Source: Candidatus Cryptobacteroides sp.
GTDB lineage: Bacteria; Bacteroidota; Bacteroidia; Bacteroidales; UBA932
NCBI GenBank assembly: GCA_045539115.1
Contig: JAZQES010000075.1
Span: 46,015 to 110,014, forward strand
Direction: 5' to 3'
Length of the DNA stretch: 64,000 nucleotides
Below the pieces are notes generated by a model. The model was given only the letters and a program-made list of their open reading frames with translations. It did no database searches and was not told where the DNA came from. Every line of letters starts with the position of its first letter. Positions within the stretch are counted from its first letter, which is position 1. This document shows, piece after piece, positions 9,545-18,703 of the stretch. The translations under genes were made by a program, and so were the position numbers.

Positions 9545-12391
9545 TTAGGAATTAATTCTGATTTCCTGAATCACGATGCCCGGATCGAGGAAATAAATGC
9601 GGAGCATGTGCTTTCCTGCCTTTGCCGCCCGAGCCTCCATTGTGCGGAACGAGTAACCCCGAAGGACATTCTTTCTCCATTCTGCCGAGAAGTCTTCTGT
9701 GTGTATCGAGAACACTTCTGCGTCATTGTCGTCGAGTCTTGCTGCATATCTGGCATCCCTTCCTTCATATACATGGAGGGTCGGCAGAGTACGGATTTCT
9801 ATCTGATTGTATCCCTCCTTCAACTCTATTTCATACTCCACATAAGGGGCTTCTTCCAGTTGCCCGGTCTCATATGACGGAGTATCGAAAGGCTGTACCA
9901 GCACTCCGTCCGAGAATCCGAGTTGCTCGATGACTGTCACCTTTCCATCTTCGCTGTCATGGCTCCGGATGAATGATTTTGCCGGAATGATGCAGTCAGG
10001 ATCGTCATGGAACGGCGGATATGTACCGAGATATATGCGGTCAATGCGTGCATCTGGTTTAAATTCTGTTATTTTGAGACGGTTTTCTCCCTCTTTCAGG
10101 CTTATGGTTCCGACCTTGCTCCACATAGGTCCAACGTATGGGGCGTGCCATATGTTGTTGATAGGAGTTGCGGAAGCGATGAACGATGCATCACCCACAC
10201 TTACACGGCAGAATTCATTGTCAGCCGCCGCTTTTGAGAAATTCCTGATAGGGGTGAGGGCTTCAATCCATACAGGGATTTCGCCTTCGACTTCAGAGAT
10301 GATGAGTGCGCCTTCTTCTTTAAATGCATCTTCATGTGAGACGAACCTTGCAGAAGGCCCCTTGCTTGCCTTTTCGATCAGTCCCTCCGTGCATACAGGT
10401 GCATCCATGTTCTTTGAACGGTACCAGTGGTATGGCTGCCATGAGAAGAATTCATCCCATTTGCCTCCAAGCAGTTCCTTATTGTAAAGCCGGGTCCACT
10501 CGTTGAGTTCGTGGTATGCCTCTTCAGCCATTCTGGCATCTTCCATGGCCGCTCTGTCGTCAATTCCGACGTTTGCAAGGCTGCGACGGGCAAGCAACTG
10601 GTATCTGTTCAGGAGTGATGCGCCTCTGACCGGATATAGGACGAGTTCGAAGTATGCAGGCAGGAGAGATTCTTCGATCTTAGAAGCGAGCGTAAGCGCC
10701 CTTTCCTCTATGTCTTTATATTCTTTCAGACGTCTGACTATATCTCCGGTGGTATAATCGATGAAATAGACATGGGAATCTTTTCCTGATGCCATCAGAT
10801 GATAGTATATCTTCTGAATGTCTGCTATTTCCTTTCCAGCCTTCTTCCCGAATATGCGCGAGGCCCACTGTTCAATGTAATTATGTGCGTTTTCCGGTTT
10901 CCATCTGTCAATGTCCCATGCAAGTTCCATTGCAAATGACAGTTCCTTTTCTGCCGGCTTGATGTCTCCCACATTGAAAACCCATATCTTCCTTGCCCCG
11001 AAGGTATATGCCTTTGTGAGTTCGGTGGAAATGAATGCGGGCGAAAGGGGACTCAGCCAGATCCAGCTTGCAGGATCGCCGTGGTATGACAGATGATAAT
11101 ATATTCCTGCCCCACCTTTGCGTTTCTGTTCCTCAGGATTGCAGAGATTGCGGGTATGTCCGTGCTTGTCATCCGACCACATAAGTGTTACATCTTCAGG
11201 AACATCCAGGCCGTTATGATAAGCGTCCAGTACCTCTTCATATGTGCATAGCATCTGCGGTACTTCCTCCACAGGGGCATCGACGTTACGACGGATTATG
11301 TCTCGCTGGTCATCGATGGATTTCTGCATGAGTGCAGTACGTTCCTCGGTGGTACGGGCCCCTTCCATCGGATAATCATGGATACCGCGCAGGCCGAGGG
11401 TGTAGATGTTTTCAAAACCTCCGTTGGTCTTTACTCTCGCCTCCCAGTAGTCGATCATGGTCTGACGGTTGGTGATATAGTTGAAATCTCCATATGTACC
11501 GACATTCTTCCACTCGTCCTCGTTGTTTCTGAGCATCTGTTCGCAGTGTGACGTTCCCATCACTATGGCATATTCGTCCGCAAGACGTGCATTCTCCGGG
11601 TCTCCGTTGAATGCCTGTGTTCCGTTATGCATCGCTGGCCATAACAGGTTGCCTTTAAGGCGTAGAAGGAGTTCGAATACCTTCTGATAAGTCTTCGGAC
11701 CGACCTTGCCGCTTTCTTTGTCGAAGTTCCGTTCAGCCCAAAGTGACCATCCACCGAATCTCTCGTCATTGATGAATATTCCGCGATATTGAACCGAGGG
11801 CTCTCCCTGAATAAAGCATCCCGGCTCGATGTAGAGCGCTTTGCGTGGCTGCGGAGTCACGTCGGCCCACCAGTACCATGGGGAAACTCCGATGGCTTCG
11901 CTGAGTGTTGTCAGTCCATAAGCCGTTCCTCTTCTGTCACTTCCTGCTATCACAAGGACAGGACTGTCGTGTTCCGGAAGTCTGATGGTAGTTATTATGC
12001 ATGACTCCCATCTGCCTTCTATTCCCGAAACGTCTATGAGGCCTTTATCCGCAAAACTATCGATTAACCGGCTATGTCCTACAGTTCCGGCAATTATTGC
12101 AGGAGTGTCGGAGATACTTTCTGTTTCACCGCATTCAATTACTTCCGGACGCATCCCGGTGATTCTCTCCACATCGTCAGCGAGCATACCGGATGCGATT
12201 CTCACGACAGGGTAGTCCTCATTGTCCAGAATTATCTGTGCCGGTTTCTCACCGGCCAACGGGAACCAGCCTTTCTCCGGTGATTCCGCAATTTCAGGAA
12301 ATATCCTGTCTGTATCCTCCTTTACGGAAGTGCAGTTTATGATAGTAAGAATAGCGGCCAGGACTGCTATCAGTCGGATGATCTGTTTCAT
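9545..12391 (-). CDS. Glycoside hydrolase family 115 (alpha-glucuronidase-like), probable lipoprotein
   Basis: IAGSDRRGTAYG, GVSPWYWWAD, YRGIFINDE, LLRLKGNLLWPAMH, GTSHCEQMLRN, WSDDKHG, GIYYHLSY and NVGDIKPAE motifs; candidate lipobox IINC. Confidence 0.92.
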   Translation of the reverse strand: MKQIIRLIAVLAAILTIINCTSVKEDTDRIFPEIAESPEKGWFPLAGEKPAQIILDNEDYPVVRIASGMLADDVERITGMRPEVIECGETESISDTPAIIAGTVGHSRLIDSFADKGLIDVSGIEGRWESCIITTIRLPEHDSPVLVIAGSDRRGTAYGLTTLSEAIGVSPWYWWADVTPQPRKALYIEPGCFIQGEPSVQYRGIFINDERFGGWSLWAERNFDKESGKVGPKTYQKVFELLLRLKGNLLWPAMHNGTQAFNGDPENARLADEYAIVMGTSHCEQMLRNNEDEWKNVGTYGDFNYITNRQTMIDYWEARVKTNGGFENIYTLGLRGIHDYPMEGARTTEERTALMQKSIDDQRDIIRRNVDAPVEEVPQMLCTYEEVLDAYHNGLDVPEDVTLMWSDDKHGHTRNLCNPEEQKRKGGAGIYYHLSYHGDPASWIWLSPLSPAFISTELTKAYTFGARKIWVFNVGDIKPAEKELSFAMELAWDIDRWKPENAHNYIEQWASRIFGKKAGKEIADIQKIYYHLMASGKDSHVYFIDYTTGDIVRRLKEYKDIEERALTLASKIEESLLPAYFELVLYPVRGASLLNRYQLLARRSLANVGIDDRAAMEDARMAEEAYHELNEWTRLYNKELLGGKWDEFFSWQPYHWYRSKNMDAPVCTEGLIEKASKGPSARFVSHEDAFKEEGALIISEVEGEIPVWIEALTPIRNFSKAAADNEFCRVSVGDASFIASATPINNIWHAPYVGPMWSKVGTISLKEGENRLKITEFKPDARIDRIYLGTYPPFHDDPDCIIPAKSFIRSHDSEDGKVTVIEQLGFSDGVLVQPFDTPSYETGQLEEAPYVEYEIELKEGYNQIEIRTLPTLHVYEGRDARYAARLDDNDAEVFSIHTEDFSAEWRKNVLRGYSFRTMEARAAKAGKHMLRIYFLDPGIVIQEIRINS

Positions 12392-12540
12392 GGCAGGTTT
12401 AGGCTAGGTTTTATCTGGTTATAGACTTCAATCTGCTAAATTAATCATTATTATTGCTTTTTCAATGGGAATCATATGTCAGTTTATGGCCGTCATGCAG
12501 AGGTACCTTCTGACTGTTATGGTTAACAGGCTTTTTTTCG

Positions 12541-12637
12541 CAGGGTAAGAACGCGTCATCTTTCTAATTGTTTGATTATTAATGATGTGCGACTTTATCA
12601 TGTTCTTACTCTGCTGAAAGTTTGACAGGGTAAGAAC
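12541..12637. repeat. Three copies of a 12-bp motif CAG(G/A)GTAAGAAC (direct, inverted, direct)
   Basis: CAGGGTAAGAAC at 12541-12552 and 12626-12637; GTTCTTACTCTG (reverse complement CAGAGTAAGAAC) at 12602-12613. Confidence 0.75.
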
Positions 12638-12688
12638 ACTGATCATCAGACAGGAAACCGGTGGTACAATGGTGGTGCACTACAAAAG

Positions 12689-12724
12689 AAAAACGGCATC
12701 CTAGATATCTGGAATGCCGTTTTT
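12689..12724 (-). terminator. Intrinsic (possibly bidirectional) terminator downstream of tRNA-Arg
   Basis: AAAAACGGCAT...ATGCCGTTTTT inverted repeat with A/T tracts on both sides. Confidence 0.8.
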
Positions 12725-12726
12725 AG

Positions 12727-12800
12727 TGACTCCGACAGGATTCAAACCTGTAACCTTCTGATCCGTAGTCAGATGCTCTATTCAGTTGAGCTACGGAGCC
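12727..12800 (-). tRNA. tRNA-Arg (anticodon ACG); CCA not encoded
   Basis: Reverse complement GGCTCCGTAGCTCAACTGAATAGAGCATCTGACTACGGATCAGAAGGTTACAGGTTTGAATCCTGTCGGAGTCA folds as a cloverleaf; anticodon loop CTACGGA. Confidence 0.97.
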
Positions 12801-12824
12801 GTTTGCAGTTATGCTGCTATTTCC

Positions 12825-13196
12825 TTAGTCGTTCTTTGTAGCGACCTTCTTCTCCTTGATGCGAGCCTTCTTACCTGAAAGGTTACGGAGATAGAAGATA
12901 CGTGCTCTACGAACTTTACCAACCTTGTTGAGTTCAATTGACTCGATGAATGGTGATTCCATTGGGAAGATTCTCTCAACACCTACACCGCTTGCAACCT
13001 TGCGTACTGTGAAAGTTCTTGTTGCTGCAGAAGCACCGCGGAGTTGAATTACTGTTCCTCTGAACTTCTGGAGTCTTTCCTTATCACCCTCCTTGATTCT
13101 GTATGTCACGGTGATTGTGTCACCGGCTTTGAATTTTGGGTATGTAGCAACCTGCTCGTTAGCAAATGCCTGCTCTACTACTTTAATAAGATCCAT
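12825..13196 (-). CDS. rplS: 50S ribosomal protein L19
   Basis: FKAGDTITV, KERLQKFRGTVI, TFTVRKVASGVGVERIFP and KVRRARIFYLR motifs. Confidence 0.98.
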   Translation of the reverse strand: MDLIKVVEQAFANEQVATYPKFKAGDTITVTYRIKEGDKERLQKFRGTVIQLRGASAATRTFTVRKVASGVGVERIFPMESPFIESIELNKVGKVRRARIFYLRNLSGKKARIKEKKVATKND

Positions 13197-13275
13197 TTCT
13201 TTATTAAATTAAATTGTGTGGCAACATTGCGGCTTTTTTCACCCTTCGCAAGAGGTTGCTTTGATTTTGGGATTG

Positions 13276-13283
13276 CAAAGGTA
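13276..13283 (-). promoter_or_regulatory. Putative -7 box (TACCTTTG) for rplS
   Basis: Minus strand reads TACCTTTGCA, about 80 nt upstream of the ATG. Confidence 0.65.
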
Positions 13284-13352
13284 GGAATTAATTTTAATCC
13301 TGCAAACTTTTTTGAAAAAAAACTTCAAAAAATGTCAATTCCCTCAAAAATC

Positions 13353-14519
13353 TCAGTCAAACAAGTCCTTTATCCTGTCGAAAAATCCCTTTTCTTCCTT
13401 GCTAGGATTAGGCTTGAACGCCTCTTTGTCGCGAAGAGACTCTATCACAGCCTTCTCCTCACGGTCCAGTTTCTTAGGAATCCAGACCGCAAACTTTACA
13501 TAGAGGTCGCCGGTTCCGCCATATCCGTTCACAGTAGGAAGTCCCTTGTTGCGAAGTCTTACTACTGTGCCTGACTGTGTTCCTGCATCTACCTTTATCT
13601 TATAAGGCCCGTCCAGGCAAGGTATCTCTACCTCTGCACCGAGGATCGCATCCGGCATTGAAATGATCTTTGTATAATAAAGGTTGCTGCCTTCGCGTTT
13701 GAGGTTCGGATGTTCCTGTTCCTCTATCACTACAAGAAGATCTCCGTTTATTCCGTTGTTCTTGGCTGCATGGCCCTGTCCCTGTATGGTGAGTTGCATT
13801 CCTGCCTCAACACCTGCCGGAATCTTCACCTTAATAGTCTCGCGCTTGCGTACGAGTCCTGTACCGCCGCATGAACGGCACGGGTTGGATATGATCTTGC
13901 CTTCTCCGCCGCACTGCTGACATGTCGAGTATGTTACGGTCTGGCCGAGGAAGGAGTTGACTACTCTCTGCACCTGACCTGTTCCGTTACATGCAGGACA
14001 GGTCTTTATGTCTGAACTGTTCTTTGCTCCCTTGCCTCCGCATTCGTGACATGGTACGCTCTTTTCTATGCTGATTTCCTTCTCTACTCCTTTGGCTATC
14101 TCTTCGAGGGTGAGTTTCACGCGCACGCGTATGTCGCGTCCTTTATAGACTCTCTGCTGTCTTTGACCGCCGCCAAATCCGCCACCGAATCCGCTGAAAC
14201 CACCGAATCCGCCACCGAATGCTCCTCCGAAAAGATCGTTCAGTATGTCATTCAGATTGCCGAATCCCTGGCTGAAGTCAGGCGTCGATCCGTCAACTCC
14301 TGCATGTCCGAACTGGTCGTACTTGGCCTTCTTGTCTGCGTCGCTGAGAACGGAATAAGCCTCGGCAGCCTCCTTGAACTTCTCTTCGGCTTCCTTGTCT
14401 CCCGGATTCTTGTCCGGATGATATTTGACGGCCAGTTTCCTGTATGCCCTCTTTATTTCATCGGCTGTCGCGTTCTTCTGGACGCCCAGCACCTCGTAGT
14501 AGTCTCTCTTACTTGCCAT
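13353..14519 (-). CDS. dnaJ: Chaperone DnaJ
   Basis: J domain with HPD, G/F-rich region, four CxxCxGxG repeats and the C-terminal domain. Confidence 0.98.
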   Translation of the reverse strand: MASKRDYYEVLGVQKNATADEIKRAYRKLAVKYHPDKNPGDKEAEEKFKEAAEAYSVLSDADKKAKYDQFGHAGVDGSTPDFSQGFGNLNDILNDLFGGAFGGGFGGFSGFGGGFGGGQRQQRVYKGRDIRVRVKLTLEEIAKGVEKEISIEKSVPCHECGGKGAKNSSDIKTCPACNGTGQVQRVVNSFLGQTVTYSTCQQCGGEGKIISNPCRSCGGTGLVRKRETIKVKIPAGVEAGMQLTIQGQGHAAKNNGINGDLLVVIEEQEHPNLKREGSNLYYTKIISMPDAILGAEVEIPCLDGPYKIKVDAGTQSGTVVRLRNKGLPTVNGYGGTGDLYVKFAVWIPKKLDREEKAVIESLRDKEAFKPNPSKEEKGFFDRIKDLFD

Positions 14520-14554
14520 AATTATAATTGAAATGCGTGAATGTCAGCATGCTT

Positions 14555-15190
14555 CTAGATGCCGACCACCACTTTTGCAAAACGGATGACCTTGCCGTTG
14601 AGGGTATATCCTGTCTGTACAACATCGAATACCTTTCCTTTCTGTTCTTCCTCCTGGACAGGGAACTGTGCCACTGCTTCGTGGAGGTCTGTGTCGAACG
14701 GCTGGCCGATTGCCTCGATGACTGCCAGACCTTTCGATTTGAGGTAACTCATCAACTTGCTGAAAATGAGTTCGGTACCTTCCTTGGCCGCGTCGCTGTC
14801 ATCTGATTCGAGAAGCACCTTGAGTGCTCTCTCGCAATCGTCAAGTATAGGCAGAAGGCCTTTGATGGTGTCGGTTGACGCCATGCTGACGAGTTCGAGT
14901 TTCTCCTGTGAAGTGCGTCTGCGGTAATTGTCGAACTCGGCCATGAGCCTGATGTAGTCATCTCTGTCCTTTGCAACCTTCTCTTCAAGTTCGGCATTTT
15001 TCTTCTGGAGTTCCTCGATCTTTGCCTTGTCCTTGTTGCCTCTTTTCAGGAATCCTTTCTTCTCTTCTTCCTTTGCCGGAGCCTCTTCAGCCTTCGCTGC
15101 ATTTTCCTCAGGCAGCGGCTCCTGTGCCGTTTCCACTGTTTCCTGAATGTTTTCCTGAACTGTTTCGTCCATCTTTGTATTTTCTGACAT
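14555..15190 (-). CDS. grpE: Nucleotide exchange factor GrpE
   Basis: YIRLMAEFDNYRRR, LLPILDDCERAL, FDTDLHEAV and GYTLNGKVIRFAKVVV motifs. Confidence 0.97.
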   Translation of the reverse strand: MSENTKMDETVQENIQETVETAQEPLPEENAAKAEEAPAKEEEKKGFLKRGNKDKAKIEELQKKNAELEEKVAKDRDDYIRLMAEFDNYRRRTSQEKLELVSMASTDTIKGLLPILDDCERALKVLLESDDSDAAKEGTELIFSKLMSYLKSKGLAVIEAIGQPFDTDLHEAVAQFPVQEEEQKGKVFDVVQTGYTLNGKVIRFAKVVVGI

Positions 15191-15254
15191 ATTCCTTAAT
15201 CTCCTTTATTGATATCTTTCCAAATGATAAGGTGCTTGCCCTCAATCCGGCCTG

Positions 15255-15303
15255 CAAAGATAACAAATAATCTGCCATCAGGACAATACTGACATTATGG
15301 CAG
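15255..15303 (-). promoter_or_regulatory. grpE-dnaJ promoter: -7 box TATCTTTG plus upstream palindrome CTGCCA-N3-TGTCAG
   Basis: CAAAGATA on the + strand at 15255-15262; CTGACATTATGGCAG at 15289-15303. Confidence 0.6.
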
Positions 15304-15304
15304 T

Positions 15305-15338
15305 AAAAAAGCGGAATCAGCATGCTCTGCCATTCCGC
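15305..15338 (-). terminator. Intrinsic terminator of kdgK-eda-exuT
   Basis: Minus strand GCGGAAT...ATTCCGC followed by TTTTTT. Confidence 0.75.
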
Positions 15339-15369
15339 CTTGTCATGATTACATATTATTATGTCAGTC

Positions 15370-16815
15370 CTATTCTTCGATCTTCTTGTACTTAGGGACA
15401 AGAACCTTCATGATTGTCCATGCGATCAGATATGCAACAGCACATATGCAGAATACGATCATGTATCCGGCTTCCTTGCCTTCGAAACCGAGGAATGCGA
15501 ATGCAGAACCTGCGTTTTCACTGAATGTGAAAAGTGCTCCTGCACCCTTGTTGATCAGGAATGAACCGAGTCCTCCTGCCATACCTCCGATACCTGTGAT
15601 GGTGGCGATGGCTGATTTAGGGAACATGTCACCGATGGTAGAGAAGAGGTTTGCGGACCATGCCTGATGGCCGGCTCCGGCAAGGCCGATGATGATTGCA
15701 GGCCACCATGCGGACATCTGTCCCATAGGCTGTGCAAAGAGGGCGAAGAGAGGGAAGAATGCGAAAATGAGCATCGCCAGCATTCTTCCGCTGTAAGGAT
15801 GCATGCCCTTCTTCTCCACGAAGAACTTAGGAAGATAGCCTCCGAAGATGGAAATGACGGTCACGATGGCGTAGAGTGTGACGATTAGTGCCATTCCGGT
15901 GCCGGAAGAAGCCTTGTATCCGAACTGATCCTGGAAATATGCAGGTGCCCAGAACAGATAGAACCACCATACTCCGTCAGTGAAGAACTTTCCGACGATG
16001 AATGACCATGTCTGTCTGTATGTAAAGCATTTGAGGAAAGGAATCGAACTCTTTTCTTCAACGTCTGCGGCTGGCGCTTCGTCTTCATCCTGCTGGATAT
16101 AAGCGAGTTCCGCTTCATTCACATGCTTTGATTTCTGCGGCTTGTCGTACATGAACACCCAGAATCCCATCCAGATGAAACCGAGGGCACCGATGATCAC
16201 GAATGCCATTTCCCAGCCGAATGCAGCGGCAAGAGGCGGGATGGTGGCAGGGGCCACGAGTGCTCCTACGGATGCTCCGGCATTGAAGATCGATGTCGCG
16301 AATGCACGGTCTTTCTTTGGGAAATACTCGGCTGTGGTCTTGATCGCGGCAGGGAAGTTGCCCGCTTCACCGAGGGCGAGGATGCCTCGCGCGGCAAGGA
16401 AGAGCCATACGCTTACGGATGCGATTGCAAGGGCAGCGGACGAACCTGTCTCGACTGCCTTCATGGCTTCAAGCGACTCATATCCTTCGATATGCATTGT
16501 CGCCCATCCGCAGACAGCGTGGAGGCATGCTCCGAGCGACCATACTCCGATTGCCCAGAGATATCCCTTCTTTGTGCCCATCCAGTCCACGAACTTGCCT
16601 GCGAAAAGCATGCATGCAGCGTAGAAGAGTGAGAAGAATGCAGTTATGGTACCGTAGTCACTGTCAGTCCAGTGGAACTCCGGAGCGATGAATTCCTTCC
16701 ATGTAAGAGAAAGAACCTGGCGGTCCATATAGTTGACGGTAGTCGCTACGAAGAGCAGCACGACCATCCACCAGCGCCAGTTGGTCATCAGTTCAGTTGT
16801 GGTGTTTTTCTTCAT
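15370..16815 (-). CDS. exuT: MFS hexuronate transporter (ExuT-like)
   Basis: RWWMVVLLFVATTVNYMDRQVLS, EAGNFPAAIKTTAEYFPKKDRA, FFTDGVWWFYLFWAP and HQAWSANLF motifs; downstream of eda. Confidence 0.85.
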   Translation of the reverse strand: MKKNTTTELMTNWRWWMVVLLFVATTVNYMDRQVLSLTWKEFIAPEFHWTDSDYGTITAFFSLFYAACMLFAGKFVDWMGTKKGYLWAIGVWSLGACLHAVCGWATMHIEGYESLEAMKAVETGSSAALAIASVSVWLFLAARGILALGEAGNFPAAIKTTAEYFPKKDRAFATSIFNAGASVGALVAPATIPPLAAAFGWEMAFVIIGALGFIWMGFWVFMYDKPQKSKHVNEAELAYIQQDEDEAPAADVEEKSSIPFLKCFTYRQTWSFIVGKFFTDGVWWFYLFWAPAYFQDQFGYKASSGTGMALIVTLYAIVTVISIFGGYLPKFFVEKKGMHPYSGRMLAMLIFAFFPLFALFAQPMGQMSAWWPAIIIGLAGAGHQAWSANLFSTIGDMFPKSAIATITGIGGMAGGLGSFLINKGAGALFTFSENAGSAFAFLGFEGKEAGYMIVFCICAVAYLIAWTIMKVLVPKYKKIEE

Positions 16816-16816
16816 G

Positions 16817-17482
16817 TTATCTGATTTCTTTGATTATTTCCAGAGCATTTCTGCAAAGTTCCGTCACCGTATTCCAGTCTTTTGCGGCTACTGCCTCCTT
16901 TGGGAAGAGGTTGCTTCCCATTCCTACGCATGTCACACCGGCCTTGAACCATCCTTCGAGATTCTCTCTTGTCGGCTTGACTCCTCCCGTAACCATTATC
17001 TGGCTCCAAGGCATAGGGGCTTTCAGGCCTTTGACGAATGCTGGTCCGAGGACATCGCCTGGGAAGACCTTGCAGAGGTCGCAGCCGAGTTCCTGGGCCT
17101 TTCCCACCTCCGACACTGTTCCGCAGCCTGGGCAGTATGGCACGAGGCGGCGGTTGCATATCGGCGCAATCTCAGGATTGAAGAGGGGACCTACGACGAA
17201 GTTTGCTCCCAATTGGAGATAAAGTGCCGCTGTCGGAGCATCTACTACCGAACCGATTCCGAGAATCAGGCCCGGAAGTTCGCTGTTGGCATATTTCACA
17301 AGTTCCCCGAACACCTCGTGTGCGAAATCGCCGCGGTTCGTGAATTCGAAGGCACGTACACCTCCGTCGTAGCAGGCCTTCAATACGGCTTTTGCCGTTT
17401 CAAGGTCGGAATGATAGAACACCGGAACCATGCCGGTATCCTTCATTGCTGATATTACCTGTAATTTGCTGTATTTTGCCAT
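16817..17482 (-). CDS. eda: KDPG/KHG aldolase
   Basis: [29 protein letters not shown] and MVTGGV motifs. Confidence 0.95.
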   Translation of the reverse strand: MAKYSKLQVISAMKDTGMVPVFYHSDLETAKAVLKACYDGGVRAFEFTNRGDFAHEVFGELVKYANSELPGLILGIGSVVDAPTAALYLQLGANFVVGPLFNPEIAPICNRRLVPYCPGCGTVSEVGKAQELGCDLCKVFPGDVLGPAFVKGLKAPMPWSQIMVTGGVKPTRENLEGWFKAGVTCVGMGSNLFPKEAVAAKDWNTVTELCRNALEIIKEIR

Positions 17483-17520
17483 AATGATATATATTTCTTG
17501 ACTCGCTTGATCTGCTCACG

Positions 17521-18561
17521 CTATCTTGATACGCGGCCGGAACCGTCGCCTTTCATGAGGTTTTCAACTTCCGCTACGGTCACCTGATTGTAGTCTCCGA
17601 AGATTGTGTGTTTCAGGCATGAAGCGGCAACCGCAAAGTTCAGAGCCTTCTGGTCGTCTCCGGTGTAGGTGAGGAGACCGTAAATGAGGCCGCCCATGAA
17701 TGAATCACCGCCGCCGACGCGGTCAACGATGTGCGTGATGTCGTAACGTGGTGACTGATAAAGTTTTCCGTCGCTGTAAAGAACGCCGCCCCATGTGTTG
17801 TGGTTGGCATTGATCGATCCTCTCAGAGTGATTATCACTTTCTTTGCACGTGGGAATCTGGTCATGAGTTGCTTGCACACGCTCTCGAATTCAGCGGCAT
17901 TGACTTCGCCGTGAGTCGCTGTGACGTCAAATCCTTCCGGCTTGATGCCGAACACCTTCTCCGCGTCTTCCTCGTTTCCGAGTATCACGTCGCATCCTGC
18001 AACGAGGTCCGGCATGACCTCTGAAGCGGTCTTTCCGTATTTCCAGAGATTCTTCCTGTAATTGAGGTCGCATGAAACTGTCACTCCGAGTCTGTTCGCC
18101 GCCTTTATGGCTTCAAGGCATACGTCAGCCGCTCCCTGGCTTATCGCAGGAGTGATGCCTGTCCAATGGAACCAGTCCGCTCCTTCGAATACCTTGTCCC
18201 AGTCGATCATGCCTTTCTCGATCTGTGCAATCGCTGAATTGGCCCTGTCGTACACCACCTTGCTCGGACGTGCTACCGCTCCGGTTTCAAGGAAATAGAT
18301 GCCGAGACGGTCTCCGCCGAAGATGCAGTGTCTTGTTCCTACTCCGTAACTGTGTAAGTCCTTGATGCAGGATGCTGCAATGTCGTTCTTAGGGAATCTT
18401 GTCACGAATTCAGTCTCGATGCCGTAGTTGGCAAGTGATACGGCTACATTTGCCTCGCCGCCGCCGAATGTGGCTTCAAACTGTCTGCTCTGTGAAAATC
18501 TGAGATAGCCAGGTGTAGAAAGCCTGAGCATGATCTCTCCAAATGTGATTACTCTTGGCAT
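17521..18561 (-). CDS. kdgK: 2-keto-3-deoxygluconate kinase (PfkB family)
   Basis: FGEIMLRL, GGGEANVA, FHWTGITPA, DLNYRKNLW and DRVGGGDSF motifs; adjacent to eda. Confidence 0.93.
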   Translation of the reverse strand: MPRVITFGEIMLRLSTPGYLRFSQSRQFEATFGGGEANVAVSLANYGIETEFVTRFPKNDIAASCIKDLHSYGVGTRHCIFGGDRLGIYFLETGAVARPSKVVYDRANSAIAQIEKGMIDWDKVFEGADWFHWTGITPAISQGAADVCLEAIKAANRLGVTVSCDLNYRKNLWKYGKTASEVMPDLVAGCDVILGNEEDAEKVFGIKPEGFDVTATHGEVNAAEFESVCKQLMTRFPRAKKVIITLRGSINANHNTWGGVLYSDGKLYQSPRYDITHIVDRVGGGDSFMGGLIYGLLTYTGDDQKALNFAVAASCLKHTIFGDYNQVTVAEVENLMKGDGSGRVSR

Positions 18562-18599
18562 TTTATGTCGTTCTTAGGTTTATACAAGTTTACAACATG

Positions 18600-18607
18600 C
18601 AAAAATA
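18600..18607 (-). promoter_or_regulatory. Putative -7 box (TATTTTTG) for kdgK
   Basis: CAAAAATA on the + strand, 39 nt upstream of the kdgK ATG. Confidence 0.55.
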
Positions 18608-18623
18608 TAAATATTTTCTTAAA

Positions 18624-18643
18624 TTCCGTGAACGGGCACGGAA
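18624..18643. promoter_or_regulatory. LacI-type palindromic operator TTCCGTGAAC|GGGCACGGAA
   Basis: TTCCGTG-N6-CACGGAA with a central CG, between the divergent kdgK and LacI genes; near-identical copy at 54656-54675. Confidence 0.8.
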
Positions 18644-18703
18644 AAATCAGTTTGAATAAAGGATTATTTTCCTCATATTTGTATATTCAAATAAACGTCA
18701 GGT

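Noticed and set aside
12486-12548. 20-codon ORF MAVMQRYLLTVMVNRLFFAG in the GH115-tRNA spacer
   Set aside because: No recognisable features or coding evidence; short ORFs are expected by chance.
12541-12614. Inverted repeat as a phase-variable invertible promoter
   Set aside because: No TAnnTTTG box in either orientation within the 49-bp core, the arms are imperfect, and there is no invertase in the window.
14160-14235. Short CCGCC(A/G)AAT-type repeats in dnaJ (and at 34033-34150 in TPM)
   Set aside because: They encode ordinary GGF repeats (G/F-rich regions); not a CRISPR array or VNTR.
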